A DNA stretch of 54,414 nucleotides. Source: a virus. Location of the stretch: UHGV virus genome UHGV-0203854; one strand, given 5' to 3'. The translations under genes and the position numbers were made by a program. Numbering within the stretch: position 1 is the stretch's first letter; every line of letters begins with the position of its first letter. This document shows, in pieces, positions 46,244 to 54,414 of this stretch. The notes beneath the pieces were generated by a model that was given only the letters and a program-made list of their open reading frames with translations, searched no databases and was not told the DNA's origin.

Positions 46244-47834
46244 CATAAGGCAAAGAGGGCTGACTTTAATGCAAGAATGGCGATGCGATTGGAACAAGTT
46301 TATCTGTGAGGCATTAGGAGCGGAACTTGACAGCGAGCAGAAAGCGATAGTTGACGCAGCGCAGAATAACAAGTTGGTCAGTGTGCGAAGCGGTACGGCA
46401 AGAGGAAAAGACTATGTTTCAGCTTGTATCGCTTTAGCGTTTCTGTACCTTACGCCTAAATGGAAGCCTACAGGTGAACTTGTCGAGAACACAAAGGTTG
46501 CATTAACTGCCCCAACGGAGCGACAAGTAAAAAACATTATGATGCCTGAAATTGCACGTTTGTTCAATCGTGCAAAAAGAACTGGATATAATTTAATCGG
46601 CGATTTGCAATCGCAACACATACGCACAGACAGCGAAGAATGGTTCTTAACAGGTTTTAAAGCAGATGAACACAATCATGAAGCATGGTCAGGTTTTCAC
46701 GCTGCTAACACAATGTTTGTTGTAACAGAAGCAACAGGTATAACAGATGATACTTTTGAAGCAATTGAGGGTAATTTGCAAGGTAATTCTCGTTTATTGT
46801 TAGTATTTAACCCTAATACAACATTAGGTTATGCTGCACGTTCACAGAGTTCTCCAAGGTGGAAGAAATTCCGCTTAAGTTCCTTGAGTGCGCCTAACGT
46901 TGCAGCGAAAAAGATTATACATTCGGGTCAAGTAGATTATGAATGGGTACAAGATAAGGTAGAAGCGTGGTGTACACCTATTCAACAAAATGAATTTAGT
47001 GAAGCAGAAAACGATTTCATGTGGGAGGGACACGCATACAGGCCAAGTGACCTTTTTCGCAGGAAAGTCTTAGGTGAATTTCCTAAGGTAGATGAAGATA
47101 TTCTTGTTCCACAATCGTGGGTTGAGTTGGCACAAGAACGATGGAAGCAGTATAACCACACTGACAGCAACAACGGCATAATAGGTCTTGACGTTGCAGG
47201 TATGGGGCGTGATGCGTCTGTATTCTGCACACGTTATAATAACTATGTAGCAGGGTTTGACAAGATAAACAGCGGTGGACGTGCTGACCACATGGCAATA
47301 GCAGGAAAGGCTTACAATCAACTATCAACTCATTCTGGCATGAGTGTTTCAATAGATACCATTGGTGAGGGTGCTGGTGTGTATTCTCGTTTAGTAGAAT
47401 TAAGTCAAGAAACTGACAGCTGTGTTGACGAAATGCAAATACAGTCATGTAAGTATTCCGCAAGCGCAAAAGACGGAATGACAGAACTAACCGACATTAC
47501 AGGGCAGTATAAATTTGCTAACATGCGTGCTTACTTACATTGGGCAGTGCGTGATTGGCTTAACCCAGACAATAATACAAATGCTATGTTGCCACCAGAC
47601 GGCTCACTTATGGAAGAAATAACATCTGTTAAATGGTCATTTCTAAGCAACGGTAAAGTTATTATAGAGCCAAAAGATGACATTAAAGCACGTCTTGGAC
47701 ATTCGCCTGATGAACTTGACGCATTATGTAACACGTTCTTTCCTGACGCAATACGTGCAACAGGAATTTATCAGCAATCTATACAACACACTGACGAAGA
47801 TTTAGATGATTACGAAACAGATATATATGATTAA
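46227..47834 (+). CDS. terL: Terminase large subunit
   Basis: VRSGTARGKD Walker A, TAPT.RQ, VVTEA Walker B, FNP, GLDVAGMGRD and SPDELDAL nuclease motifs; exact start uncertain. Confidence 0.95.
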   Translation: MVEKNNIRQRGLTLMQEWRCDWNKFICEALGAELDSEQKAIVDAAQNNKLVSVRSGTARGKDYVSACIALAFLYLTPKWKPTGELVENTKVALTAPTERQVKNIMMPEIARLFNRAKRTGYNLIGDLQSQHIRTDSEEWFLTGFKADEHNHEAWSGFHAANTMFVVTEATGITDDTFEAIEGNLQGNSRLLLVFNPNTTLGYAARSQSSPRWKKFRLSSLSAPNVAAKKIIHSGQVDYEWVQDKVEAWCTPIQQNEFSEAENDFMWEGHAYRPSDLFRRKVLGEFPKVDEDILVPQSWVELAQERWKQYNHTDSNNGIIGLDVAGMGRDASVFCTRYNNYVAGFDKINSGGRADHMAIAGKAYNQLSTHSGMSVSIDTIGEGAGVYSRLVELSQETDSCVDEMQIQSCKYSASAKDGMTELTDITGQYKFANMRAYLHWAVRDWLNPDNNTNAMLPPDGSLMEEITSVKWSFLSNGKVIIEPKDDIKARLGHSPDELDALCNTFFPDAIRATGIYQQSIQHTDEDLDDYETDIYD

Positions 47835-47854
47835 TCACTATAACAACTCACACT

Positions 47855-49237
47855 ATGACACCGGAAGAAATTACAAAACAAACAAACGCGGTTGATGTAA
47901 TCGCAGAATTGAAAAAGAAAGCTATTACTGTGCCTTCGTGGGATAAATTAGAGAAAGAATACAATCCACGCAAGCACCCTGTAATGTATGAGCCAGAGTT
48001 TGCCGACAAAGTTAAGCGAGGACGTATCATTACACGCACACGCATTACATACGCTTGGCAACGGCTTGCTACAAAGCGCATGAGCGAATTGTTATTTGCT
48101 CTGCCTGTTAAGTATATTACTAAACCAATCAACGATGCAGAAAGAACAGCTTCCTTGATATTAAAAGACGTGCTGAAACGCAACCGCATTAACACGCTAA
48201 ACCTTGACAGAGCAAGGAAACTATATGCAAGCTGTGAAGTTATGACAATATGGTTTTCGCAAGACGTGGAAACAGAATACGGCAATGAACGCACAAACAA
48301 GAAATTACGTTGCAGAACGTTTAGCCCTATGGATAACGATTTTCTATATCCTTTGTTTGATGAATACGATGACCTTGTTGCGTTAAGCGTTGCCTACACA
48401 CGCAACGAGGGACTACAGCGTATATCTTACTTTGACACTTACACAGACACGGAACACGTCCGCTGGCGTTCTGACGGAGGGCAATACGTTGAGGAAATAC
48501 GAGAACAAATAACCATTGGCAAGATATGTGGCGTATATGGCTATCGTTCAACCCCGATTTGGGAAGACAAGAGCGAGAATATATACGACCTTGAGCGCAC
48601 GATGTCACGTAACGGAAATTACTTGCGCAAGAACAGCCGCCCTACATGGGTAGAGTTTACCGAGAAACCACGCAAATACGGCAAAGAAGCCAAAGAAGAA
48701 GGCGACAGAAACATCATTAATCTCGGTGCGAATGACAAAGCAGGTTATCAAACATGGGAACAGTCTGTTGACAGCTTGAAATTTCAAGTTAGCGAAATAA
48801 AGCAAAATTATTTCATGGACTTACAATTGCCAGACATGAGCACGGAGAACATGAAGGCTACTCCTATGTCAGGGGAGGCACGCAAAATGATGTTCATTGA
48901 CGCACAACTTAAAGCAGGAGACGAAAGCGGTATGTGGTCTGAATACCTTGACAGAGAGGTGAATGTGTTACGTGCAATGCTGAAAGAATTATACCCAAGT
49001 CTTGCGTCTGCATTTGAGAGCCTTGATGTAGAAGTGAAGATAACACCGTATCAAATACGAGACCTTGCAGAACGTGTTCAGTGTCTTGGAAGCGGCACTG
49101 GCGGAAAGCCTATTATCTCACAACGTACCGCTGTACGTGAGCTTGACCTTGCAGATAATGAAGATGCAGAAATAGAACAAATTGCGACAGAAGAAGAAAA
49201 CGCATATTCAGACCTTACACAACTACCAACGGAATAA
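47855..49237 (+). CDS. Portal protein (SPP1-like)
   Basis: 460 aa after TerL; LYPLFDEY, YQTW and SGEARK motifs. Confidence 0.9.
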   Translation: MTPEEITKQTNAVDVIAELKKKAITVPSWDKLEKEYNPRKHPVMYEPEFADKVKRGRIITRTRITYAWQRLATKRMSELLFALPVKYITKPINDAERTASLILKDVLKRNRINTLNLDRARKLYASCEVMTIWFSQDVETEYGNERTNKKLRCRTFSPMDNDFLYPLFDEYDDLVALSVAYTRNEGLQRISYFDTYTDTEHVRWRSDGGQYVEEIREQITIGKICGVYGYRSTPIWEDKSENIYDLERTMSRNGNYLRKNSRPTWVEFTEKPRKYGKEAKEEGDRNIINLGANDKAGYQTWEQSVDSLKFQVSEIKQNYFMDLQLPDMSTENMKATPMSGEARKMMFIDAQLKAGDESGMWSEYLDREVNVLRAMLKELYPSLASAFESLDVEVKITPYQIRDLAERVQCLGSGTGGKPIISQRTAVRELDLADNEDAEIEQIATEEENAYSDLTQLPTE

Positions 49238-49248
49238 CATAACACGGC

Positions 49249-51519
49249 ATGGCTAAACAAGACAAGCACGACAAAAAGCAAAGCTGCATTATTGCAGGGT
49301 CAATAAAGAATGTAAGTGCAGTGTTTAATGCCACTGTATGGAAAGCTGTACACATTGCAACAAAATCAAGCTATAACCCTGACAATGGGCAACCGTTTTC
49401 GTTTAGTCGTGCCGACACAAAGAAACAAGCTGGCAAATTACTAAAACAGTTTGCAAGCAAAATACAGTCTGTTGTGTTGACTGGAAACAATGTATCATGG
49501 GCAAACGCTAACGACAAGAACGATGTTATTATAACAACGCTTGCAAACGGAAAGAAAATACCGAAAGGGCTGTTGGCACGATGGCAACAACACAATCTTG
49601 AAGCTTTGCAAGAGTTTAACACTCGTACCGAGAACGGCATGAATTTAAGTAACCGTATATGGGACGTAAGTAAACAATTCCGTAACGAACTTGAGTTAGC
49701 AATTACCGTTGGCATGGGTGAAGGTAATAGCGCAGACGTTTTAAGCCGTGATGTACGCCAATACTTGATACACCCTAACAACTTGTTTCGCAGGGTGCGT
49801 GACGCAAAAAACAATCTGCACCTAAGCAAAGCTGCAAAAGCGTACCACCCTGGCAGGGGTGTCTACAGAAGCAGTTACAAAAATGCACTTCGCATGACCG
49901 CAACAGAAAACAATATGGCGTACCGCACAGCAGATTACACACGGTGGCAGCAGATGGATTTTGTTTTGGGTATAATGATTAAAACAAGCCCAAACAATCA
50001 CCCAGTGTCAGACATTTGCGACACATTGCAGGGACGTTATCCGAAAGACTTCAAATTTCGTGGTTGGCATCCGTGGTGCAGATGTTTTGCAACGCCAATT
50101 TTACCGAATGAGAACGCATTCTTTAAAGGGCTTACAGCAGACCTTAAAGGCAGTGTAAATCCATACGGCACGCCTGTAACAACAATGCCAAGCCGTTTCG
50201 CAAAGTGGGTCACAGATAACACAGAACGAGTTAAAAACGGTTCAACTGTACCGTATTGGATAAAAGACAACTTTAAAAACGGAAACATTGAAAATGGGTT
50301 GAAGTTTGGAGCAATTAGCACTGACGCAAATACAAATATTAGTGATATTGAGAAACTTGCAAAAACAGTGGGCGTAAACATCGAAAAGCCCATGGAGCAT
50401 GAACAAGCGAACACTAACCAACCAAATCCACATTATGCAGAAGATAAACAATATCAAATAAATTGTCAAAGTACTGTCGTAACGTATGAATTGCGTAGAC
50501 GTGGTATGCCTGTCGAAGCGTATGGCAACACTGCTAAAAACAACACCATGAGCATCTGCATGGGTGAAGTTCTTGCCACAAATACTCGTGCTGCATGGGT
50601 AACAGAAGATGGCAACATGCCAACAGCTATTAACAGTAAAAAACAAGTTACGGGGCGTACTGTTGACAAGCGAGGGTATGTGCGCAATACTTATTCGACA
50701 GACAAAGAGATAATGCAAGACTTCTACAACAAGACGAGTGAAGCAGGGCGTTATCATGTTTATTGGACTTGGGACAAAAGAAAAAGCGGACACATTATTA
50801 CAATGGAAGTATTTAAAGACGGTACAAGACGTTTCTATGACCCACAGACAGGTATTAATTCGACAGACTTCAAGAAGTTTTCAACAAAGAGGGGAAGAAA
50901 TTGTGTTGACCTTGAACGTGGACTATCTGCCTATCGTGTAGACAATCTGCAACCAAATCCAATTGTATGCCGTGGCGTTGTTAAGAAAGCAGGAAGTAAT
51001 TTGCAGACACCTGCTGTAGACAAAGAACAGCGCGAATGGTGGAAGAAGAATGTTTTAGGGAAAGAAATAACGAATGTTGGAATAGCAGGATTTGAACCAC
51101 TAAAGAAGAAAGACGTTGAATATGTATCAGAAACAAAAGGGCGTGTGGACGTGCATTCTTCCCGACTTGAAAACGCAAACAAGAACAAACAAGAAAGAGC
51201 GAAATTTGAGAAAGAACATAGAATGTGTTGTGTTCTTGCAGACAACGGCTATAAGATAGAAATGTTGCAAGAAGTGGCAGGAGTGCCATCTTCAGACATT
51301 TTGATTAACGGAAAGAAAGCCGATTTAAAAGCAACAAAGAGCGCAAATAACATTGTAAAATACGGGAAATCTGCAATTAGGAAGCAAGGCGCAGATATAG
51401 TTATTTTTGAATTTGAAAAAGAAACGGCAGAGATTTATAAACAGTTACAGATATTAAAGAAAGAACAGATTAAATGTAAATATTATTTTAAGAATGGGAA
51501 AAAAGTACACGACCTGTAA
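49249..51519 (+). CDS. MuF-like minor head protein fused to a papain-like domain and a C-terminal PD-(D/E)xK (CdiA-CT-like) nuclease
   Basis: MuF motifs NALR...TE.N.AYR and CD.L.G.YPKDF.F.GWHPWCRC; NCQS...YELRRRG/GH/YDPQ; D..ING..ADLK. Confidence 0.85.
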   Translation: MAKQDKHDKKQSCIIAGSIKNVSAVFNATVWKAVHIATKSSYNPDNGQPFSFSRADTKKQAGKLLKQFASKIQSVVLTGNNVSWANANDKNDVIITTLANGKKIPKGLLARWQQHNLEALQEFNTRTENGMNLSNRIWDVSKQFRNELELAITVGMGEGNSADVLSRDVRQYLIHPNNLFRRVRDAKNNLHLSKAAKAYHPGRGVYRSSYKNALRMTATENNMAYRTADYTRWQQMDFVLGIMIKTSPNNHPVSDICDTLQGRYPKDFKFRGWHPWCRCFATPILPNENAFFKGLTADLKGSVNPYGTPVTTMPSRFAKWVTDNTERVKNGSTVPYWIKDNFKNGNIENGLKFGAISTDANTNISDIEKLAKTVGVNIEKPMEHEQANTNQPNPHYAEDKQYQINCQSTVVTYELRRRGMPVEAYGNTAKNNTMSICMGEVLATNTRAAWVTEDGNMPTAINSKKQVTGRTVDKRGYVRNTYSTDKEIMQDFYNKTSEAGRYHVYWTWDKRKSGHIITMEVFKDGTRRFYDPQTGINSTDFKKFSTKRGRNCVDLERGLSAYRVDNLQPNPIVCRGVVKKAGSNLQTPAVDKEQREWWKKNVLGKEITNVGIAGFEPLKKKDVEYVSETKGRVDVHSSRLENANKNKQERAKFEKEHRMCCVLADNGYKIEMLQEVAGVPSSDILINGKKADLKATKSANNIVKYGKSAIRKQGADIVIFEFEKETAEIYKQLQILKKEQIKCKYYFKNGKKVHDL

Positions 51520-51527
51520 AAATGGGA

Positions 51528-51553
51528 CAACCCTGCACATTTGCGCAGGGTTG
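51528..51553. terminator. Hairpin after MuF (T-tract on the minus strand)
   Basis: CAACCCTGC / GCAGGGTTG. Confidence 0.65.
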
Positions 51554-51666
51554 AACATTTGGTACGAGCCGCCCGAAGCGTAACACATCCCTGTCTGATA
51601 ATTTATCGTCTATCAGCATCAAGACATGACAAAATTAAAAACAAAATTTTAATTACAAAAGAAAAC

Positions 51667-51882
51667 ATGAAAAAAATATTAGAATTAGCACGAAAAAATG
51701 GTTTCCACAGTGTGAAACGCCTTGGAATGTGGCAAAACCACAACGTTTATGAGCCTATCTTTACAGACAACGAAATTCATTATATAGGCTTTCCGCAATT
51801 CATTCTTGTTAAAGACGGAAAAATACGTTGGACTAAAGATTACAACGAAAGCATGGACATACTCGATTACTTTAACAGATAG
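51667..51882 (+). CDS. Small protein, candidate immunity protein
   Basis: Follows the MuF toxin; A...GF..V..LG.W..Y.P...GFPQFILV motif. Confidence 0.55.
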   Translation: MKKILELARKNGFHSVKRLGMWQNHNVYEPIFTDNEIHYIGFPQFILVKDGKIRWTKDYNESMDILDYFNR

Positions 51883-51953
51883 ACTTTTTAGTACTGTCTA
51901 CTTTATTGCATGTCTTTTTTTTTGGCTACTGTCAAAACTTTTCGCTCATTTCG

Positions 51954-51985
51954 TTTGGCCAAATTAACTAATTAGTCTATATTTG
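51954..51985 (+). promoter_or_regulatory. Promoter for head genes
   Basis: TTTG (-33), 20-nt spacer, TATATTTG (-7). Confidence 0.75.
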
Positions 51986-52017
51986 CAACATCTAATATAT
52001 AACAATAATACAAACCG

Positions 52018-52713
52018 ATGAAAAAAAAGATTATTGAAGCCTTGGCAACCAAATTTGAGGGGGTTGAAGCTAACATTTTAGACAGGGTTGCAGAAAAACT
52101 TAGCAAGACTGTGAAATCAGAAGACGAAATCCAAACCATTGTAGATGGGGTGACATTTCAGTCAGTGTTAGAAAGCTATGCGGACAGTCGCACGAACGAA
52201 GCGGTTACATCTGCTGTTGCTAACTATGAGAAGAAGTATAATCTGAAAGACGGAAAGCCTATACAGGGAACACCGCCACCTTCACCGAAACCTGAACCAC
52301 CAAAGCCAACAGGAGAAGAAATTCCACCTTACATTAAGGCACTTATGGAGCAGAACAAACGGTTGGAGGAACAGATTAGTGCTATCAATTCAGAACGGCA
52401 AACAACATCACGCAAAAAAACATTGCAAGGTGTGTTGAAAGATGCGCCACAAAAGTTGAGGGAACGTTATGAAAAGGACTTTAATCGGTTAAGTTTTAAA
52501 GACGATGACGATTTTCAATCTTGGATAGACGAAGTAACTCCTGAGGTTCAAGCATTGAGTGAGGACTACAACAGACGAACTCCAACAATTACACCACCAA
52601 AGAGCGGACGAACTGTACCTTCAAAGCCAATTAACCCCTATTTGGCCGAAAAGCTAAAAGAAGAAACAATATCGGCAACAAGTGCTATCAAGGGTCTTGC
52701 TTCATCAGAGTAA
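52018..52713 (+). CDS. Capsid scaffolding protein
   Basis: Upstream of the head genes; Pro-rich linker and coiled coil. Confidence 0.7.
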   Translation: MKKKIIEALATKFEGVEANILDRVAEKLSKTVKSEDEIQTIVDGVTFQSVLESYADSRTNEAVTSAVANYEKKYNLKDGKPIQGTPPPSPKPEPPKPTGEEIPPYIKALMEQNKRLEEQISAINSERQTTSRKKTLQGVLKDAPQKLRERYEKDFNRLSFKDDDDFQSWIDEVTPEVQALSEDYNRRTPTITPPKSGRTVPSKPINPYLAEKLKEETISATSAIKGLASSE

Positions 52714-52733
52714 ACAACTAAAAGAAAGTAGAG

Positions 52734-53288
52734 ATGAAAGTTAATTTTAAATTCAACAAAACTGCACCAACAGACCCTATTGTTATCGAACAGGTGTTTG
52801 CAGAAAAGCCGAGCGGAGGTATGATAAAAGCTCCTGCTTATGATGCTCCTGCAGGCACAGCAGTTAGCGAAAACACAGACGGCTCTTTTTCATTGATTAA
52901 GGCGTTTCGTCTTGTTGAAGCTGTTGCAACAGGTGATACTACCATTAAGATTGCAAAGGGTTCTGGTATTGCAGTAGGTGACGTATTAGGTCACGGCAAC
53001 TTGGCTGTAGCATGTACAGCTGTAGACACTACTAACGAGGATTACGACAAAGTAACCGTAACGCTCGGGGTAAATATAGTAGCAGGTACAGTTCTTTACG
53101 AAGCAAAGAGCGCAAGCGCAGACAGTGCAGAAATAAAGGCTAAACCTGTATATGTGATTGGTAACAGTGTTAAAGGTAACGAAGGAGACAAGAGTGTGCG
53201 TCTAATTAACGGTGCTAATCTTCGTAGAGAGACTGCAAACATTGCTCCTGAAATCGTTGCGTTGATGCCAACTATTAAACTTGTTTAA
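52734..53288 (+). CDS. Head decoration/head fibre protein
   Basis: Between scaffold and capsid genes; IKIAKGSG..VGD motif. Confidence 0.65.
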   Translation: MKVNFKFNKTAPTDPIVIEQVFAEKPSGGMIKAPAYDAPAGTAVSENTDGSFSLIKAFRLVEAVATGDTTIKIAKGSGIAVGDVLGHGNLAVACTAVDTTNEDYDKVTVTLGVNIVAGTVLYEAKSASADSAEIKAKPVYVIGNSVKGNEGDKSVRLINGANLRRETANIAPEIVALMPTIKLV

Positions 53289-53302
53289 AAAGGAAATGTA
53301 TT

Positions 53303-54409
53303 ATGGCAGACATGAATAAACCATTCTTTAACTTAGAGATTAAAGATTTAGAGGTTACAGTAAACACATACAAGCCAGGCCTTGGTCTTGCTTGGGGGCA
53401 GCTGTTTCCGCTTAAATACACACCGCGCTTTGACATTAAAGGTCTTGAAGGTGATGAAGGTATTCCTGTTTCAGCAGACCGTGTTGCGTTTAATGCTAAA
53501 GCACCAAAGAAAACACGTAAGAACATTGGCTCATGGAGTGGCAAGCTCGGCAAAATTGCAGTAAGTCGTGAGAAAGACGAAATCGAAATCAACGAATATA
53601 ACGACTTGACTGTACTTGCCGCACAGTCTGGAGACCCTGCGACAGCACGTTATCTTGTAGACATGGTGTATGACGATGTGAAGTTCTGCAACGATGCAAT
53701 GAACTATCGTGTGGAAGCAGACGCATTGCGTGTCGGTTGCACTGGTAAGCAGACCTACAAGAAAGAGTATGACGGTGACATGGTTACCGCTGACGAGATT
53801 AACTTTAACGTGCCCGAAGAAAACTTTGGTGGTGTTTCTGTTAAATGGGACGATGCGAAGAAAGCTGACGGTCTGAAAGACTTGGCCAATTGGCAAAAAA
53901 AGATTGCAAAGAAAGGTGGTGCAAAGCCTTTGTATGCTATTATGGAGCAAGCAAAGTTTGACCAACTTTTGTTGCAAGAGAGCGTTGCAAAGAGAATGTA
54001 CCCGAGATATAACCAAACTTTGGTTACCGCTGACATGATTTCGTTGCAGAGCATTAATACTTACATGAGTGGGAAAGGTTGGCCGCAAATCTTGGTTATT
54101 GACAGCTATACCACTATCGAAGCTAAAGACGGTACAAAGACCACCCTCAAACCGTGGAATGAGAATGTAGTTGTAATGTCACCTGTGCCACGCCTTGGTT
54201 ACACTTATTACAAGTCTGTGCCAATGGTGCCAAACACAGACGCATCACAAGCGCAGAGTTCGTTCTACAAGCTGACCGTGTACAGCCAGATAAACCCAAT
54301 GTTGGAGGTAACAATGGCAGAAGCATACGTGCAACCTGCATTGTCAAACCGTAATTCTTTGGTGTTCATAAACACAACGAATACTACAGGCTGGAATAAC
54401 GGAGAGTAA
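53303..54409 (+). CDS. Major capsid protein (phage E/HK97 fold)
   Basis: 368 aa; LFPLKYT, ADRVAFNAKAP.K.R and PW.EN motifs; synteny. Confidence 0.9.
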   Translation: MADMNKPFFNLEIKDLEVTVNTYKPGLGLAWGQLFPLKYTPRFDIKGLEGDEGIPVSADRVAFNAKAPKKTRKNIGSWSGKLGKIAVSREKDEIEINEYNDLTVLAAQSGDPATARYLVDMVYDDVKFCNDAMNYRVEADALRVGCTGKQTYKKEYDGDMVTADEINFNVPEENFGGVSVKWDDAKKADGLKDLANWQKKIAKKGGAKPLYAIMEQAKFDQLLLQESVAKRMYPRYNQTLVTADMISLQSINTYMSGKGWPQILVIDSYTTIEAKDGTKTTLKPWNENVVVMSPVPRLGYTYYKSVPMVPNTDASQAQSSFYKLTVYSQINPMLEVTMAEAYVQPALSNRNSLVFINTTNTTGWNNGE

Positions 54410-54414
54410 AACAA

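Larger units (their letters stand above)
1..54414. mobile_element. Temperate siphovirus genome (Bacteroidota host), apparently complete and circularly permuted
   Basis: All modules are present (head, tail, lysis, integrase and attP, immunity, replication, packaging). The capsid gene ends at 54409 and the head-tail connector gene starts at 19, so the ends join in canonical order. No host housekeeping genes seen. Confidence 0.93.

Noticed and set aside
51541..51666. N-terminal extension of the post-MuF ORF
   Set aside because: The TTG start lies inside a hairpin; ATG 51667 has a typical A-rich leader.
1..54414. Complete DGR, retron or CRISPR array
   Set aside because: No reverse transcriptase motif, template repeat or repeat-spacer array was seen. 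The tandem repeats found are coding or iteron-like.
1..54414. Stop-codon reassignment
   Set aside because: Long genes are intact in the standard code, and TAG and TGA both end genes at sensible positions.

Overview
The window looks like a complete, circularly permuted ~54.4-kb temperate siphovirus genome of a Bacteroidota host, probably Prevotella/Bacteroides-like. The host inference rests on TAnnTTTG -7 promoters, A-rich SD-less starts and lipoproteins with acidic export signals. It opens just after the major capsid gene and closes with it. Gene order: head-tail connectors and tail genes, with an initiator-like tRNA-Met(CAT) inside the tail operon; tape measure; a large tail-tip protein; fibre-like genes; a ppGalNAc-T-like glycosyltransferase; a spanin-like gene; an MqsR/MqsA-Panacea TA module; a six-gene Cys-rich operon; holin-like and M15 endolysin genes; HicAB; tyrosine integrase with attP (3' half of tRNA-Ser); an immunity region with two HTH proteins and two lipoproteins; early and replication genes; ParB-ABC ATPase-GNAT; terminases; portal; a MuF polymorphic toxin; scaffold, decoration and capsid genes. 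Most interesting: (1) a mucin-type O-glycosyltransferase-like enzyme coupled to a protein with a Thr/Ser-rich tail; (2) a tRNA-scaffolded RNA carrying perfect 14-nt antisense matches to early-gene start sites, just upstream of the antirepressor; (3) a poly-C phase-variable lipoprotein in the OFF state; (4) an A10 frameshift joining ABC ATPase and GNAT next to the terminase; (5) a dual-effector MuF toxin followed by a convergent sRNA; (6) orphan DGR-target-like genes without an RT; (7) the uncharacterised Cys-rich operon. All family assignments are from motif recognition by eye; no database searches were run.
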